Shown: positions 54,265-62,834 of the stretch, one piece after another
Layout: every line of letters begins with the position of its first letter
How positions within the stretch are numbered: the stretch's first letter is position 1
Assembly (NCBI GenBank): GCA_043821445.1
Contig: JBDRCT010000036.1
Location: forward strand, 25,879-89,878
Source of the DNA: Candidatus Omnitrophota bacterium
GTDB lineage: Bacteria; Omnitrophota; Omnitrophia; Omnitrophales; Aquincolibacteriaceae
Reading direction: 5' to 3'
Length of the DNA: 64,000 nt
Made by a program: the position numbers and the translations under genes
Notes under the pieces: model-generated
Database searches by the model: none
Seen by the model: the letters and a program-made list of their open reading frames with translations, nothing else
What the model was told of the DNA's origin: nothing

Positions 54265-54312
54265 TCTTTTAAGTTGGTTTCTAATCGTAGGGTGAGCGCC
54301 TTTCGAGGGGGA

Positions 54313-55470
54313 ATGGAAAACTTATTTTCTCAAGAACTCAAATCCTTAAAAGAAAAAAACCTTTTTCGCCGTCTTCGCGTTTTGGAAGACCTTAAGGGCA
54401 CGCACGCGACATTCGAAGGGCGGAGACTCCTTCTCTTTTGCAGCAACGACTACCTGGGACTTAGCCGACATCTCCGCGTGGTCCGGGCCGCCCAAAAAGC
54501 GCTCAAGACTTACGGTGTGGGCGCGGGTGCGGCGCGACTTATCTCAGGGACCTCGAAGGCGCACGCCGTCCTTGAAAAGAAACTAGCGCAGATCAAAGGA
54601 AAAGAAAACGCACTAGTCTTTGCTTCTGGATTTCTCGCGAATCTCGGCATTCTGACCGCGTTTGCCGGCGAGAAAGACACTATCATTATGGACAAGCTTT
54701 GCCACGCGTCGCTCGTTGACGGTGCCCGGCTCTCGAAAGCCGAGCTTCGTGTATTTCCGCATAAAAATTATAAGAAATGCGAAGAACTTCTCCGCGGTTC
54801 GCAGAGCGCGAGGCGGCGGATCCTCGTGACCGAAACGGTGTTCAGCATGGACGGCGACCTGGCGGACCTTAAAGAACTTGTCCGCTTGAAAAAAAGATAT
54901 AACGCATTGCTTGTCGCTGACGATGCGCATGGTACGGGGGTTCTGGGAAAGCATGGCCGCGGTATGACCGAAGACGGGAATCTTTCAAAAAAGATCGATA
55001 TCATTATGGGGACGCTTTCAAAAGCTCTCGGCGGTCTCGGGGGATTTATCGCCGCAGACAAAGGCATAGTAGATTATCTGGTGAATTTCGCGAGGCCGTT
55101 CATCTTTGCGACCGCGCTCCCGCCCCTTCTTTGTGAGGCCGCGCACGAGGCGCTCTGCGTCGTCGAGGAAGAACCCGTGTTAAGGAAAAGACTTTGGGAC
55201 AATATCCATCAAGTTTATCAAGGGCTCGCGGGGCTTGGGCTTTCGATCGGAAAGCCCGAATCCGCGATCCTTCCGGTGATAATAGGCGACGAAGGAAAAG
55301 CGATGGAGGTCTTCGAAAAACTTCTTGCGCACGGGGTCTTCATTCCTGCCGTGCGTTATCCAACCGTTCCCAAGGGAAAGGCCCGGCTGAGGATCACCGT
55401 TTCCGCGGCGCATACCCGTCAAGACATCGCAAAGTTAATCGCGGCATTTATAAAAGCCATAGAACAATAA
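54313..55470 (+). CDS. bioF: 8-amino-7-oxononanoate synthase
   Basis: SNDYLGL, HASLVDG, FSMDGD, DDAHG, GTLSKALG. Confidence 0.95.
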   Translation: MENLFSQELKSLKEKNLFRRLRVLEDLKGTHATFEGRRLLLFCSNDYLGLSRHLRVVRAAQKALKTYGVGAGAARLISGTSKAHAVLEKKLAQIKGKENALVFASGFLANLGILTAFAGEKDTIIMDKLCHASLVDGARLSKAELRVFPHKNYKKCEELLRGSQSARRRILVTETVFSMDGDLADLKELVRLKKRYNALLVADDAHGTGVLGKHGRGMTEDGNLSKKIDIIMGTLSKALGGLGGFIAADKGIVDYLVNFARPFIFATALPPLLCEAAHEALCVVEEEPVLRKRLWDNIHQVYQGLAGLGLSIGKPESAILPVIIGDEGKAMEVFEKLLAHGVFIPAVRYPTVPKGKARLRITVSAAHTRQDIAKLIAAFIKAIEQ

Positions 55471-55478
55471 AAACCCCG

Positions 55479-56840
55479 ATGCGAAACAAAGAGAAGAGAA
55501 CAGACAGACTGATCGCTAAAGACCGAAAGCATCTTTGGCACCCCTTCACCCAAATGAAAGAATGGCAGACCGACGAGGTAGTGGTCATTGAAAAGGGGGA
55601 GGGCCGCTATCTCATTGACACCGAAGGGCGGAAATATCTCGACGGGGTGTCGTCGCTTTGGTGCAATGTTCATGGGCATCGGGTCAAAGAACTCGACCGG
55701 GCGATCGAAAAACAGCTTAAAAAAATTTCCCACAGCACATTTCTCGGGCTTACCCATCCGACAGCGATCGAGTTGGCCGAAAAGCTCATCGCGATCGCTC
55801 CCAAAGGGCTTACCCGTGTTTTTTACTCCGACTCCGGATCCGAGGCCGTAGAGATCGCGCTTAAAATGGCGTTCCAATATTGGGCTCAAAAAGAATGTCC
55901 CGGAAAGAAAAAATTCGCGCGGCTTGTGAACGCCTATCACGGCGACACGCTCGGGTCCGTGAGCGTCGGCGGGATAAACCTTTTTCACCGGATCTATAAG
56001 CCGCTTCTTTTTGAAACGATTGCGATCCCGTCACCGTACCGCTATCGCTGGGAAACGGGCAGCGCTCCGGAAAAAGCGAAAGAAGAGGCGCTGGGGGCGA
56101 TGAAAAAAATTTTGCGAGAACATCACGCGGAGCTTGCCGCATTCGTCATGGAGCCGCTGATGCAAGGCGCCGCGGGGATGATTGATCAGCCGGCGGGATA
56201 CATTTCCCGTGCCAGAGAGCTGACGCGAAAGTATAATACGCTCTTGATCTTTGACGAGGTTGCGACGGGGTTCGGGCGGACCGGGAAAATGTTCGCGGCG
56301 GATCACGAAAACATAACACCCGATATCATGGCGATCGCCAAAGGCATCACCGGCGGCTATCTCCCTCTTGCCGCAACGCTTGCGACCGAGGAGATCTACG
56401 GCGCGTTCTTGGGCCGCTACGAAGAATTTAAAACGTTCTTCCACGGCCACACCTATACGGCGAACCCGCTGGCCTGCGCTGCGGCGATCGCGAATCTCGC
56501 GCTTTTTGAAAAACAAAAAACGCTGGCGAAGCTACAACCTAAGATCCGGTTTATTCAAAAACGCCTCAAAGATTTTTATAAACTTAAGTGTGTCGGCGAT
56601 ATCCGGCAATGCGGCATGATGGTCGGGATCGAACTTGTTCGCGATCCAAAAACAAAAGAAACTTTTAGTCCGAAGGAAAAGATCGGCATGCGCGTGGTCG
56701 AACGGGCCCGCAAGAAAGGCGCCATCCTCCGCCCGCTGGGTCCGGTGATCGTTCTTATGCCGCCGCTTGGGATGACGGAAAAAGAGCTCAACCGTTTGTT
56801 GGACATTACTTACGAATCCATTAAGGAAGTGACGGAATGA
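55479..56840 (+). CDS. bioA: DAPA aminotransferase
   Basis: WHPFTQM, SSLWCNVHGH, DEVATGFGRTG, AKGITGGY. Confidence 0.95.
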   Translation: MRNKEKRTDRLIAKDRKHLWHPFTQMKEWQTDEVVVIEKGEGRYLIDTEGRKYLDGVSSLWCNVHGHRVKELDRAIEKQLKKISHSTFLGLTHPTAIELAEKLIAIAPKGLTRVFYSDSGSEAVEIALKMAFQYWAQKECPGKKKFARLVNAYHGDTLGSVSVGGINLFHRIYKPLLFETIAIPSPYRYRWETGSAPEKAKEEALGAMKKILREHHAELAAFVMEPLMQGAAGMIDQPAGYISRARELTRKYNTLLIFDEVATGFGRTGKMFAADHENITPDIMAIAKGITGGYLPLAATLATEEIYGAFLGRYEEFKTFFHGHTYTANPLACAAAIANLALFEKQKTLAKLQPKIRFIQKRLKDFYKLKCVGDIRQCGMMVGIELVRDPKTKETFSPKEKIGMRVVERARKKGAILRPLGPVIVLMPPLGMTEKELNRLLDITYESIKEVTE

Positions 56841-56849
56841 ATATTGAGG

Positions 56850-56918
56850 GCACAACGCACAACGCACAACGTGCAACGAAAAAGTTTCTTCGTTGTGCGT
56901 TGCCCGTTGCCCGTTGCG
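56850..56918. repeat. Heptamer tandem-repeat hairpin
   Basis: (GCACAAC)3 GTGCAAC, a loop, then four CGTTGNN units. Confidence 0.8.
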
Positions 56919-56928
56919 CGAGGTTTTT

Positions 56929-57666
56929 ATGAAGTCAGGCATCTTTATTACTGGAACGGACACGGATGTCGGAAAAACAGTGATTTCCGCCGGCCTCGCG
57001 CTTGTCCTTCGGGATCGCGGACTAAAAATCGGTGTCATGAAGCCCGTGGCGACTGGCTGTTATGGTGGCGATGGGCGGCTTGTCTCACAGGATGCGGCAT
57101 TCCTGATGGAAGCCGCCCAGAACGAATACCCGCCGCTTATGAGTCCGTCGCGTTTTCGCAACGCTCTTTCGCCGAACGTCGCGGCCACCCTCGAAAAAAG
57201 AGAAGTGGATGTTCCCAACATTCTTAAAAGTTACCGCACACTTCAAAAACACTATGACTTCATGATCATTGAAGGCGTGGGAGGGCTTATGGTTCCCCTC
57301 AAAAAGGATTATTATGTGGCCAATCTCATTCGCGATATGGGGTTGCCTATCGTGATCGTGTCGTATGCGGGGCTTGGCGCGATCAATCACACGTTGCTTA
57401 CCGTGGACGCGGCCAGGATCCGGGGACTGGAAGTGCGCGGCATTATCTTTAACCGTGTTTCCGTAACGAATTACTCGTTGGCCGAGCTTACAAATCCAAA
57501 GGTCATTCACGATCTTTCCGGCGTTCCGATCCTTGGCAGTTTGCCTAATATTGAGGGGCTCAACATGGACAACTGCCAATTCGGAAGGCTCAAGGAGATC
57601 TTTCAAGAACGCATCCGGATCGACAAGATCGCGGGAAATTCTGCCGGCGTCATTCCTTCCCCGTGA
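56929..57666 (+). CDS. bioD: Dethiobiotin synthetase
   Basis: TGTDTDVGKT, KPVATG, EGVGG, LGAINHT. Confidence 0.95.
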   Translation: MKSGIFITGTDTDVGKTVISAGLALVLRDRGLKIGVMKPVATGCYGGDGRLVSQDAAFLMEAAQNEYPPLMSPSRFRNALSPNVAATLEKREVDVPNILKSYRTLQKHYDFMIIEGVGGLMVPLKKDYYVANLIRDMGLPIVIVSYAGLGAINHTLLTVDAARIRGLEVRGIIFNRVSVTNYSLAELTNPKVIHDLSGVPILGSLPNIEGLNMDNCQFGRLKEIFQERIRIDKIAGNSAGVIPSP

Positions 57667-57685
57667 TCCGAAAGGAACACCAACC

Positions 57686-59068
57686 TTGTCCAAACGGTCC
57701 CAGCACTTAACCATTTCAGCCAAGTTGGAGTCGGGAGCGCCCAGGCCGCCGTTCAAAAAAAGCAAGGAAAGACCTGGACGGAAAGCCATCGGCATTCGGC
57801 TTGAAAGAAAAAAAGACGCAAGTTTACTAGGTTTCAATCTTAAACGTCCTTACCCGCCCGAAAAAATCCGCATTCCCATTCCCGCCCTTGCGAAGCCATG
57901 CGTTAAAGTTGGCCAAACGGTTCAGACCGGGCAAAAGATCGCGGAAACACAAGGACCGGAAGGGGTGAACCTTCATGCCGGAATGCCCGGTACGGTAGCA
58001 AAAATAGGGGTTTTTCCAAGCGCGGCGGGTTCTGGAAAAAGGATGATCGAAATCCATAAACACGGAGAGTCCAAAGCCCTTCCGCCGGCGGAGGCGCGCA
58101 AAGGATGGGACGAGATCTCGGCAGAAGAACTCCCGAGGATCTTTCAAAATTCCGGGCTTGTGACTACGGATCCGCTCATGGAACCTGTCCACGTTAAGCT
58201 TGGGCGGTATGCCGGGGCGAGAACGATCATCATCAACGGTTGTGAGCCAGAACCTTATGTGACCTGCGAACAAACACTCATCCTGTCTCATTCCTTGGAA
58301 ATTTTAAAAGGCGCCGGATTACTCAAAAAAGCTCTTCGCGCCGAAAAGATTCTTTTCGCTTTCGAGAATTGCAACCTCGAGATGATCGAGCTGATCAAGA
58401 GCAAGATTTACTTTTTGAAATGGGAGCATGTGGAGGTCCGGACCGTGCCCGCGCTCCATCCCCAAGGACTGGAAAGCACGTTGCTTCAGGCCTGGTTTCC
58501 GGAAGCGGAAGACGAGGCCATTGTTTTTCCGGCGTCCACGGCATTCGCGGTTTACGAAGCGGTGGTGCAACAGAAACCTTTTTATGAAAGGGTCGTGACC
58601 GTGGGCGGCGAATGCGTGGTCGAGCCGCGGAGCCTTTGGTTGCCGATCGGAATTTCTTTCCACGATGCGCTTCACGCTTGTAAAGGGGTCATGCGCGAAC
58701 CTCAAACCATCCTGATGGGTGGACCCATGGCCGGAGAGACGCAGACGACGACGGAGGTTCCCGTCATGGCCGGGACGAACGCTATTCTTGCGCTTCCCGA
58801 AGAGATCGCAAAAGAAGAAACGGAGGCCTCGACGAGGGAGCCGTGCATCCGCTGCAATCTTTGCGTTGACCATTGCCCCGTTTTGCTTTCGCCTGCGATG
58901 ATCACGTTAGCTGCGGAGCAAAAAGAATTTGCCACTGCGGAAGAATGGAATGCCATGGAGTGCATAGAATGCGGAAATTGCGCCTATGTATGTCCCTCCA
59001 AACGGCCGATGCTGAGGCTGATCCGCTCAGCCCGCACTCTTTCGAATCCGGCGGTGGCTTATGGCTGA
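57686..59068 (+). CDS. Divergent RnfC/RsxC-like protein
   Basis: HAGMPGTV, NGCEPEPY, GGPMAG, two CxxCxxCxxxCP; AAAGGA RBS before TTG at 57686. Confidence 0.8.
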   Translation: MSKRSQHLTISAKLESGAPRPPFKKSKERPGRKAIGIRLERKKDASLLGFNLKRPYPPEKIRIPIPALAKPCVKVGQTVQTGQKIAETQGPEGVNLHAGMPGTVAKIGVFPSAAGSGKRMIEIHKHGESKALPPAEARKGWDEISAEELPRIFQNSGLVTTDPLMEPVHVKLGRYAGARTIIINGCEPEPYVTCEQTLILSHSLEILKGAGLLKKALRAEKILFAFENCNLEMIELIKSKIYFLKWEHVEVRTVPALHPQGLESTLLQAWFPEAEDEAIVFPASTAFAVYEAVVQQKPFYERVVTVGGECVVEPRSLWLPIGISFHDALHACKGVMREPQTILMGGPMAGETQTTTEVPVMAGTNAILALPEEIAKEETEASTREPCIRCNLCVDHCPVLLSPAMITLAAEQKEFATAEEWNAMECIECGNCAYVCPSKRPMLRLIRSARTLSNPAVAYG

Positions 59069-59918
59069 AACGAAAACATTTTTTTATAGAACGGCTCTGC
59101 CGCCGCACATTCATTCCTCGGATTCTTTAGCCAGACGGTATTGGGGGCAGCTCGTCGCACTTATACCCGTTTTTGTGACAGCCTGTCTTGCTGGACGCGC
59201 GGAAATTCTTCGCATTTTTTTAATCTGTCTGGTGAGCACGACCGCGTTCGAATTCCTGGCGACAAAGCTTTTCCGGAAAAAAGAAAGTTTGCAAAACGGT
59301 GAAGCCGTGCTTGCCGCGGCCCTTTTTTCGCTGCTCATGCCCTCGAGATGTCCCTCCGAAGTCGTGGTGCTCGGTGTTTTTACGGCGGTCTTTGTCGCCA
59401 AAGAGCTTTTTGGCGGCGCAGGCTCCTATCCTTTGCACCCACTTTTTTTAGCGCGCATATTTTTAAAACTCTGTTTCCCCAAAGTCATGTCGGAACCGAT
59501 GCTTCTGGTTGACAGCAGCGTCTGGACGTTTGCGGGTCTTGGTCTCGGCGGGATCATTCTTCTCAAACAAAAACAAGGCTACTGGGAAACGCCCGCTCTC
59601 TTCATGTCCGTTTGCTTTGTCTGCGAAGCTTTGTTCGGAGGGCAAGGGACGCCAGCCACCTTTTTCAGCGGCGTTCTTTTGACGTCTTTTTTTCTTTTAG
59701 CGGATCCCGTGACCTTGCCCTTGACGCGCAAGGGGACGGCCTTTTTCATCCTTGGCGCGGCGCTTTTAAGCTCGAGGCTCAACCCGGAGGGATTCTCGAT
59801 CCTGTCGGCGGGATATGCAATTCTTCTGATGAATCTTCTGACGCCCTGGCTGGACGTCTGGCTCAAACCCATTCCCTACAAAACGAAACATCCGCTCAAA
59901 GCGACTTGGTCAACATGA
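59061..59918 (+). CDS. Shortened RnfD-like membrane protein
   Basis: PPHIHS, KELFGG.G..PLHP, FLLADPVTLP, AILLMN..TP..D. Confidence 0.8.
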   Translation: MAETKTFFYRTALPPHIHSSDSLARRYWGQLVALIPVFVTACLAGRAEILRIFLICLVSTTAFEFLATKLFRKKESLQNGEAVLAAALFSLLMPSRCPSEVVVLGVFTAVFVAKELFGGAGSYPLHPLFLARIFLKLCFPKVMSEPMLLVDSSVWTFAGLGLGGIILLKQKQGYWETPALFMSVCFVCEALFGGQGTPATFFSGVLLTSFFLLADPVTLPLTRKGTAFFILGAALLSSRLNPEGFSILSAGYAILLMNLLTPWLDVWLKPIPYKTKHPLKATWST

Positions 59919-60031
59919 GCGCCAAAAAAATAAAGGCTTGGACAGTTCTAGCATTGAAATATCTGTTTTTTGTGTTTTTCCTCGGACTGCTTGCCGCGAT
60001 CCTTTACGCAGCGCAGCTGCTGGGGAGCTAA
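59915..60031 (+). CDS. 38-aa single-TM peptide at the rnfG position
   Basis: ATGA overlap with the rnfD-like stop; hydrophobic core. Confidence 0.45.
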   Translation: MSAKKIKAWTVLALKYLFFVFFLGLLAAILYAAQLLGS

Positions 60032-60053
60032 AAAGCATGGGATCCTGGTCCAG

Positions 60054-60665
60054 ATGAAACTGCCCGAAAGGCTTTTTTCAAGAATGTTTTTAGCCTATCT
60101 TCCATTCATGGTCTATCCCTACGGTTTTTTCAAGGCCGGCGTTGCGGCGCTTTGGATCGTCGCGTTCCTTTGGGGCACGGTCTCTTTTTTCTGGTTTACC
60201 CGACGCTTTTTCCCCGACCATCTTTTGAAGCACGCCTTTTTCCTTTGGCTTGTCGTGTGGGCGCAAGCCATGTGGACGCTCACGAAGCTACCGCCCTACT
60301 GGATCGTGAGCGTTTTCTTTCTGACCCCGGTCTCCTTTCTCGATGATACAGCGAAAGCCAGCCATGTCCGCGTTTTTTCTAAAAAAGTGCCGCGATATTT
60401 TTTTGAGAGGGTCCTGACAGGAATCAGCTTTGCGGGTTTCGTGATGCTGTTGGCGCTTGTTCGGGAGATCGGGGAAAACAATCTTGGAATAAGAGCGTTC
60501 GAACAGCCAGCCGGTATGTTGCTTGTGGCCGCGGCCGTTGCTTTTTTATGGAAAAATCAACCCTATCGCAGGCGGTCCCAAGACCCATCAATCGAAGCGG
60601 AGCGGAGATTGGGGCCGTCCGAATCACCATTAATGAAAAGAAAACGAAGACTTGAAAGGGGATAA
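60054..60665 (+). CDS. Highly divergent RnfE-like membrane protein
   Basis: C-terminal LALVREIG..F.QPAGMLL pattern and synteny; contains no Cys. Confidence 0.6.
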   Translation: MKLPERLFSRMFLAYLPFMVYPYGFFKAGVAALWIVAFLWGTVSFFWFTRRFFPDHLLKHAFFLWLVVWAQAMWTLTKLPPYWIVSVFFLTPVSFLDDTAKASHVRVFSKKVPRYFFERVLTGISFAGFVMLLALVREIGENNLGIRAFEQPAGMLLVAAAVAFLWKNQPYRRRSQDPSIEAERRLGPSESPLMKRKRRLERG

Positions 60666-60666
60666 A

Positions 60667-61173
60667 ATGTATTTCTTGATCATCACCTTCAGTTTTTTGC
60701 TGGCGATGCGCGGCGCGAGGCACATGCCTCTCCAAAGACCCGCCGAGGGCCTCAGGCGCATTGTTCGCGAAGCCACGGATTTTTTTCTCACAATGAGTTT
60801 GATCCTCGCGCTTTTGGCGGTTGCCGCAGCATTCGAAGAAATTCGGACTGGCGCCCGGGACTACGCAATCTTGGGCTGCGGAATAGCGGCCTATCTGCTC
60901 TCGCGTCATCAGAAAAAAACGGATGTTTTCTTCCTTGCCGTGACGGCAAGTATTTTTATGATCGGTTCAAAACAACACGCTCTTTTGCAGGGAATCTTGC
61001 TGGCGGGGGTCGTCAGCGCGGGAACAGCGCTTTTTCAAGCCTGTTTTCTGGGCTTGAGATACAGACTTCTTTTTTCGTCCGTGCCGGCCTCCATGAAAGG
61101 ATGGCCAAGCCTGTGTCTTTTGGCCGGATTTATTTCTATGGTTTTATGGGGCCTCTGGGATTCGGCTTTCTAA
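60667..61173 (+). CDS. Highly divergent RnfA-like membrane protein
   Basis: GLRYRL...VPASMKGWP....AGFISM..WG matches the RnfA C-terminus. Confidence 0.65.
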   Translation: MYFLIITFSFLLAMRGARHMPLQRPAEGLRRIVREATDFFLTMSLILALLAVAAAFEEIRTGARDYAILGCGIAAYLLSRHQKKTDVFFLAVTASIFMIGSKQHALLQGILLAGVVSAGTALFQACFLGLRYRLLFSSVPASMKGWPSLCLLAGFISMVLWGLWDSAF

Positions 61174-61378
61174 GGTTTTTGTTTGCGAAATCGACAATAG
61201 CGAGAAGAAAAAACTTGTCCCAACGAATTTGTTTTCACCCCGTTAGGAATTAGTGAGATAATACTCAATCAGTGTGGGGTCGGTTTAAAAAAGCTTTGAA
61301 ATAAATTGTAAACACGGAAAACGCGAAAATGTTTCTGAAAAACACTTCCCCTCTCTCATGGGACAAAGGAGCTTTCTC

Positions 61379-62470
61379 ATGGCCATCGAAAACATTCTGT
61401 TAGGAGCGGTCGAAAAAGAGGCTTCGGACATTCATCTTACCGTAGGCCGGCCTGTGACCTACCGCTTGGTCGGGGACCTGGTCTCGGTCAGCGAGAAGGC
61501 GCTGACCCAGCAGGATACGGAAGCCCTGGCCAAAGAGATCACGACCGAAGTCCAGCGCAAAAAGATCGAAGAGATCGGAGGCGTCGATTTCGGGTTTTCT
61601 TTTCAGGAAAAGGCACGTTTTCGCGTCTCCTGTTTTAAACAGCAGGGTCATTATTCACTTGTGTTGCGGCTCCTTCCCTCAAAGTTTTACAGCTTTGAAG
61701 AGATCGGATTACCACCGCAATTGATCGAGACGGTAAGCCTTCCGCGCGGCCTGGTGCTTGTGACGGGCCCCACCGGTTGCGGTAAAACGACCTCGCTCGC
61801 GACCATGCTCAATTACATTAACGAAAACTTCCCCAGACACATCATTACCGCCGAAGATCCAATCGAGTTCATGCATCATCATAAAAAGTGCGTGATCACT
61901 CAGCGGGAGGTTGGGGAGGACGTTCCGAGCTTTGCAGAAGCCATCGTAAAATCTTTGCGTCAGGACCCGGACGTCATTCTGATCGGAGAAATGCGTGACC
62001 TAGCGACCATGGAAACTGCCATTCGTGCTGCTGAAACGGGCCATTTAGTATTCTCCACGCTCCACACGACGGGTGCCGCACGAACGGTGGACCGCATCAT
62101 TGATGTTTTCCCCGCCTATCAGCAGCCGCTTGTCCGCGTGCAACTTGCTTCTACGATCGTTGCCGTGATCTCGCAAGTGCTTGTGCCTCGCCTGGACGGG
62201 AAGGGACGCGTGGCGGCATTCGAGGTCATGTTCGCAACGCCGGCCATTCGCAACCTCATTCGCGAAGGCAAAACCTATCAGATCATTTCCGAGCTTCAAA
62301 CCGGGTCGCGCCACGGCATGGTCATGATGGACGATTACCTCAAACAACTGTATACCCAGGGCATTATTAGCTATGAAGCCGCCCTCGACGTTGCCGTTGA
62401 TTCCCGCGAGCTTGGTCTTCAACTTTCCAAAAACCAACCCATAAGCAAGGGGAAAGACAAAGGAAAATAA
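61379..62470 (+). CDS. pilT: Type IV pilus retraction ATPase
   Basis: ASDIHL, GPTGCGKTT, EDPIE, LRQDPDVILIGEMRD, AIRNLIRE. Confidence 0.93.
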   Translation: MAIENILLGAVEKEASDIHLTVGRPVTYRLVGDLVSVSEKALTQQDTEALAKEITTEVQRKKIEEIGGVDFGFSFQEKARFRVSCFKQQGHYSLVLRLLPSKFYSFEEIGLPPQLIETVSLPRGLVLVTGPTGCGKTTSLATMLNYINENFPRHIITAEDPIEFMHHHKKCVITQREVGEDVPSFAEAIVKSLRQDPDVILIGEMRDLATMETAIRAAETGHLVFSTLHTTGAARTVDRIIDVFPAYQQPLVRVQLASTIVAVISQVLVPRLDGKGRVAAFEVMFATPAIRNLIREGKTYQIISELQTGSRHGMVMMDDYLKQLYTQGIISYEAALDVAVDSRELGLQLSKNQPISKGKDKGK

Positions 62471-62477
62471 ATAAAAC

Positions 62478-62506
62478 TTGACCTGACAGGGAGGCATGGG
62501 TATTCT
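62478..62506 (+). promoter_or_regulatory. Sigma70-type promoter
   Basis: TTGACC-17 nt-TATTCT. Confidence 0.65.
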
Positions 62507-62512
62507 ATGCCC

Positions 62513-62820
62513 GCCTTCGCGCCGTTTGACGGCGCAGTTCGGGTCCCTGGTTTTTTTAGAAGGGTCAACTCGGACGAGCAGGGAGGGTAAGTCCCGAAAG
62601 CATCCGGACGAAAATGGGGCTTGGAGAAATTCCACGCAAAAGAGATCCAGTTCGAATTTATTCCCAGAGTCTTAGTACCGTTCTCCATCTAACTTTAGGG
62701 GTTAACGGCACGATACTGCGAACCCATACTAATGAATAGCAACGCAGCATAGCCACCACTTTCAGCTCTTTCCGCGTATTTTTCAGGAAAATCGAACCCA
62801 GGACCCGAAGACCCGGTCTC
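62513..62820 (+). ncRNA. Candidate structured RNA / long polA leader, family unknown
   Basis: Long-range pairing of 62538-62550 with 62798-62809 plus nested hairpins; no credible + strand ORF. Confidence 0.45.
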
Positions 62821-62834
62821 AATTGAACCTCAAA

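Noticed and set aside
62513-62820. RNase P, SRP, tmRNA or 6S RNA
   Set aside because: No exact GAGGAAAGTCC, SRP loop or tRNA-like ends; the fold looks multibranched rather than a 6S rod
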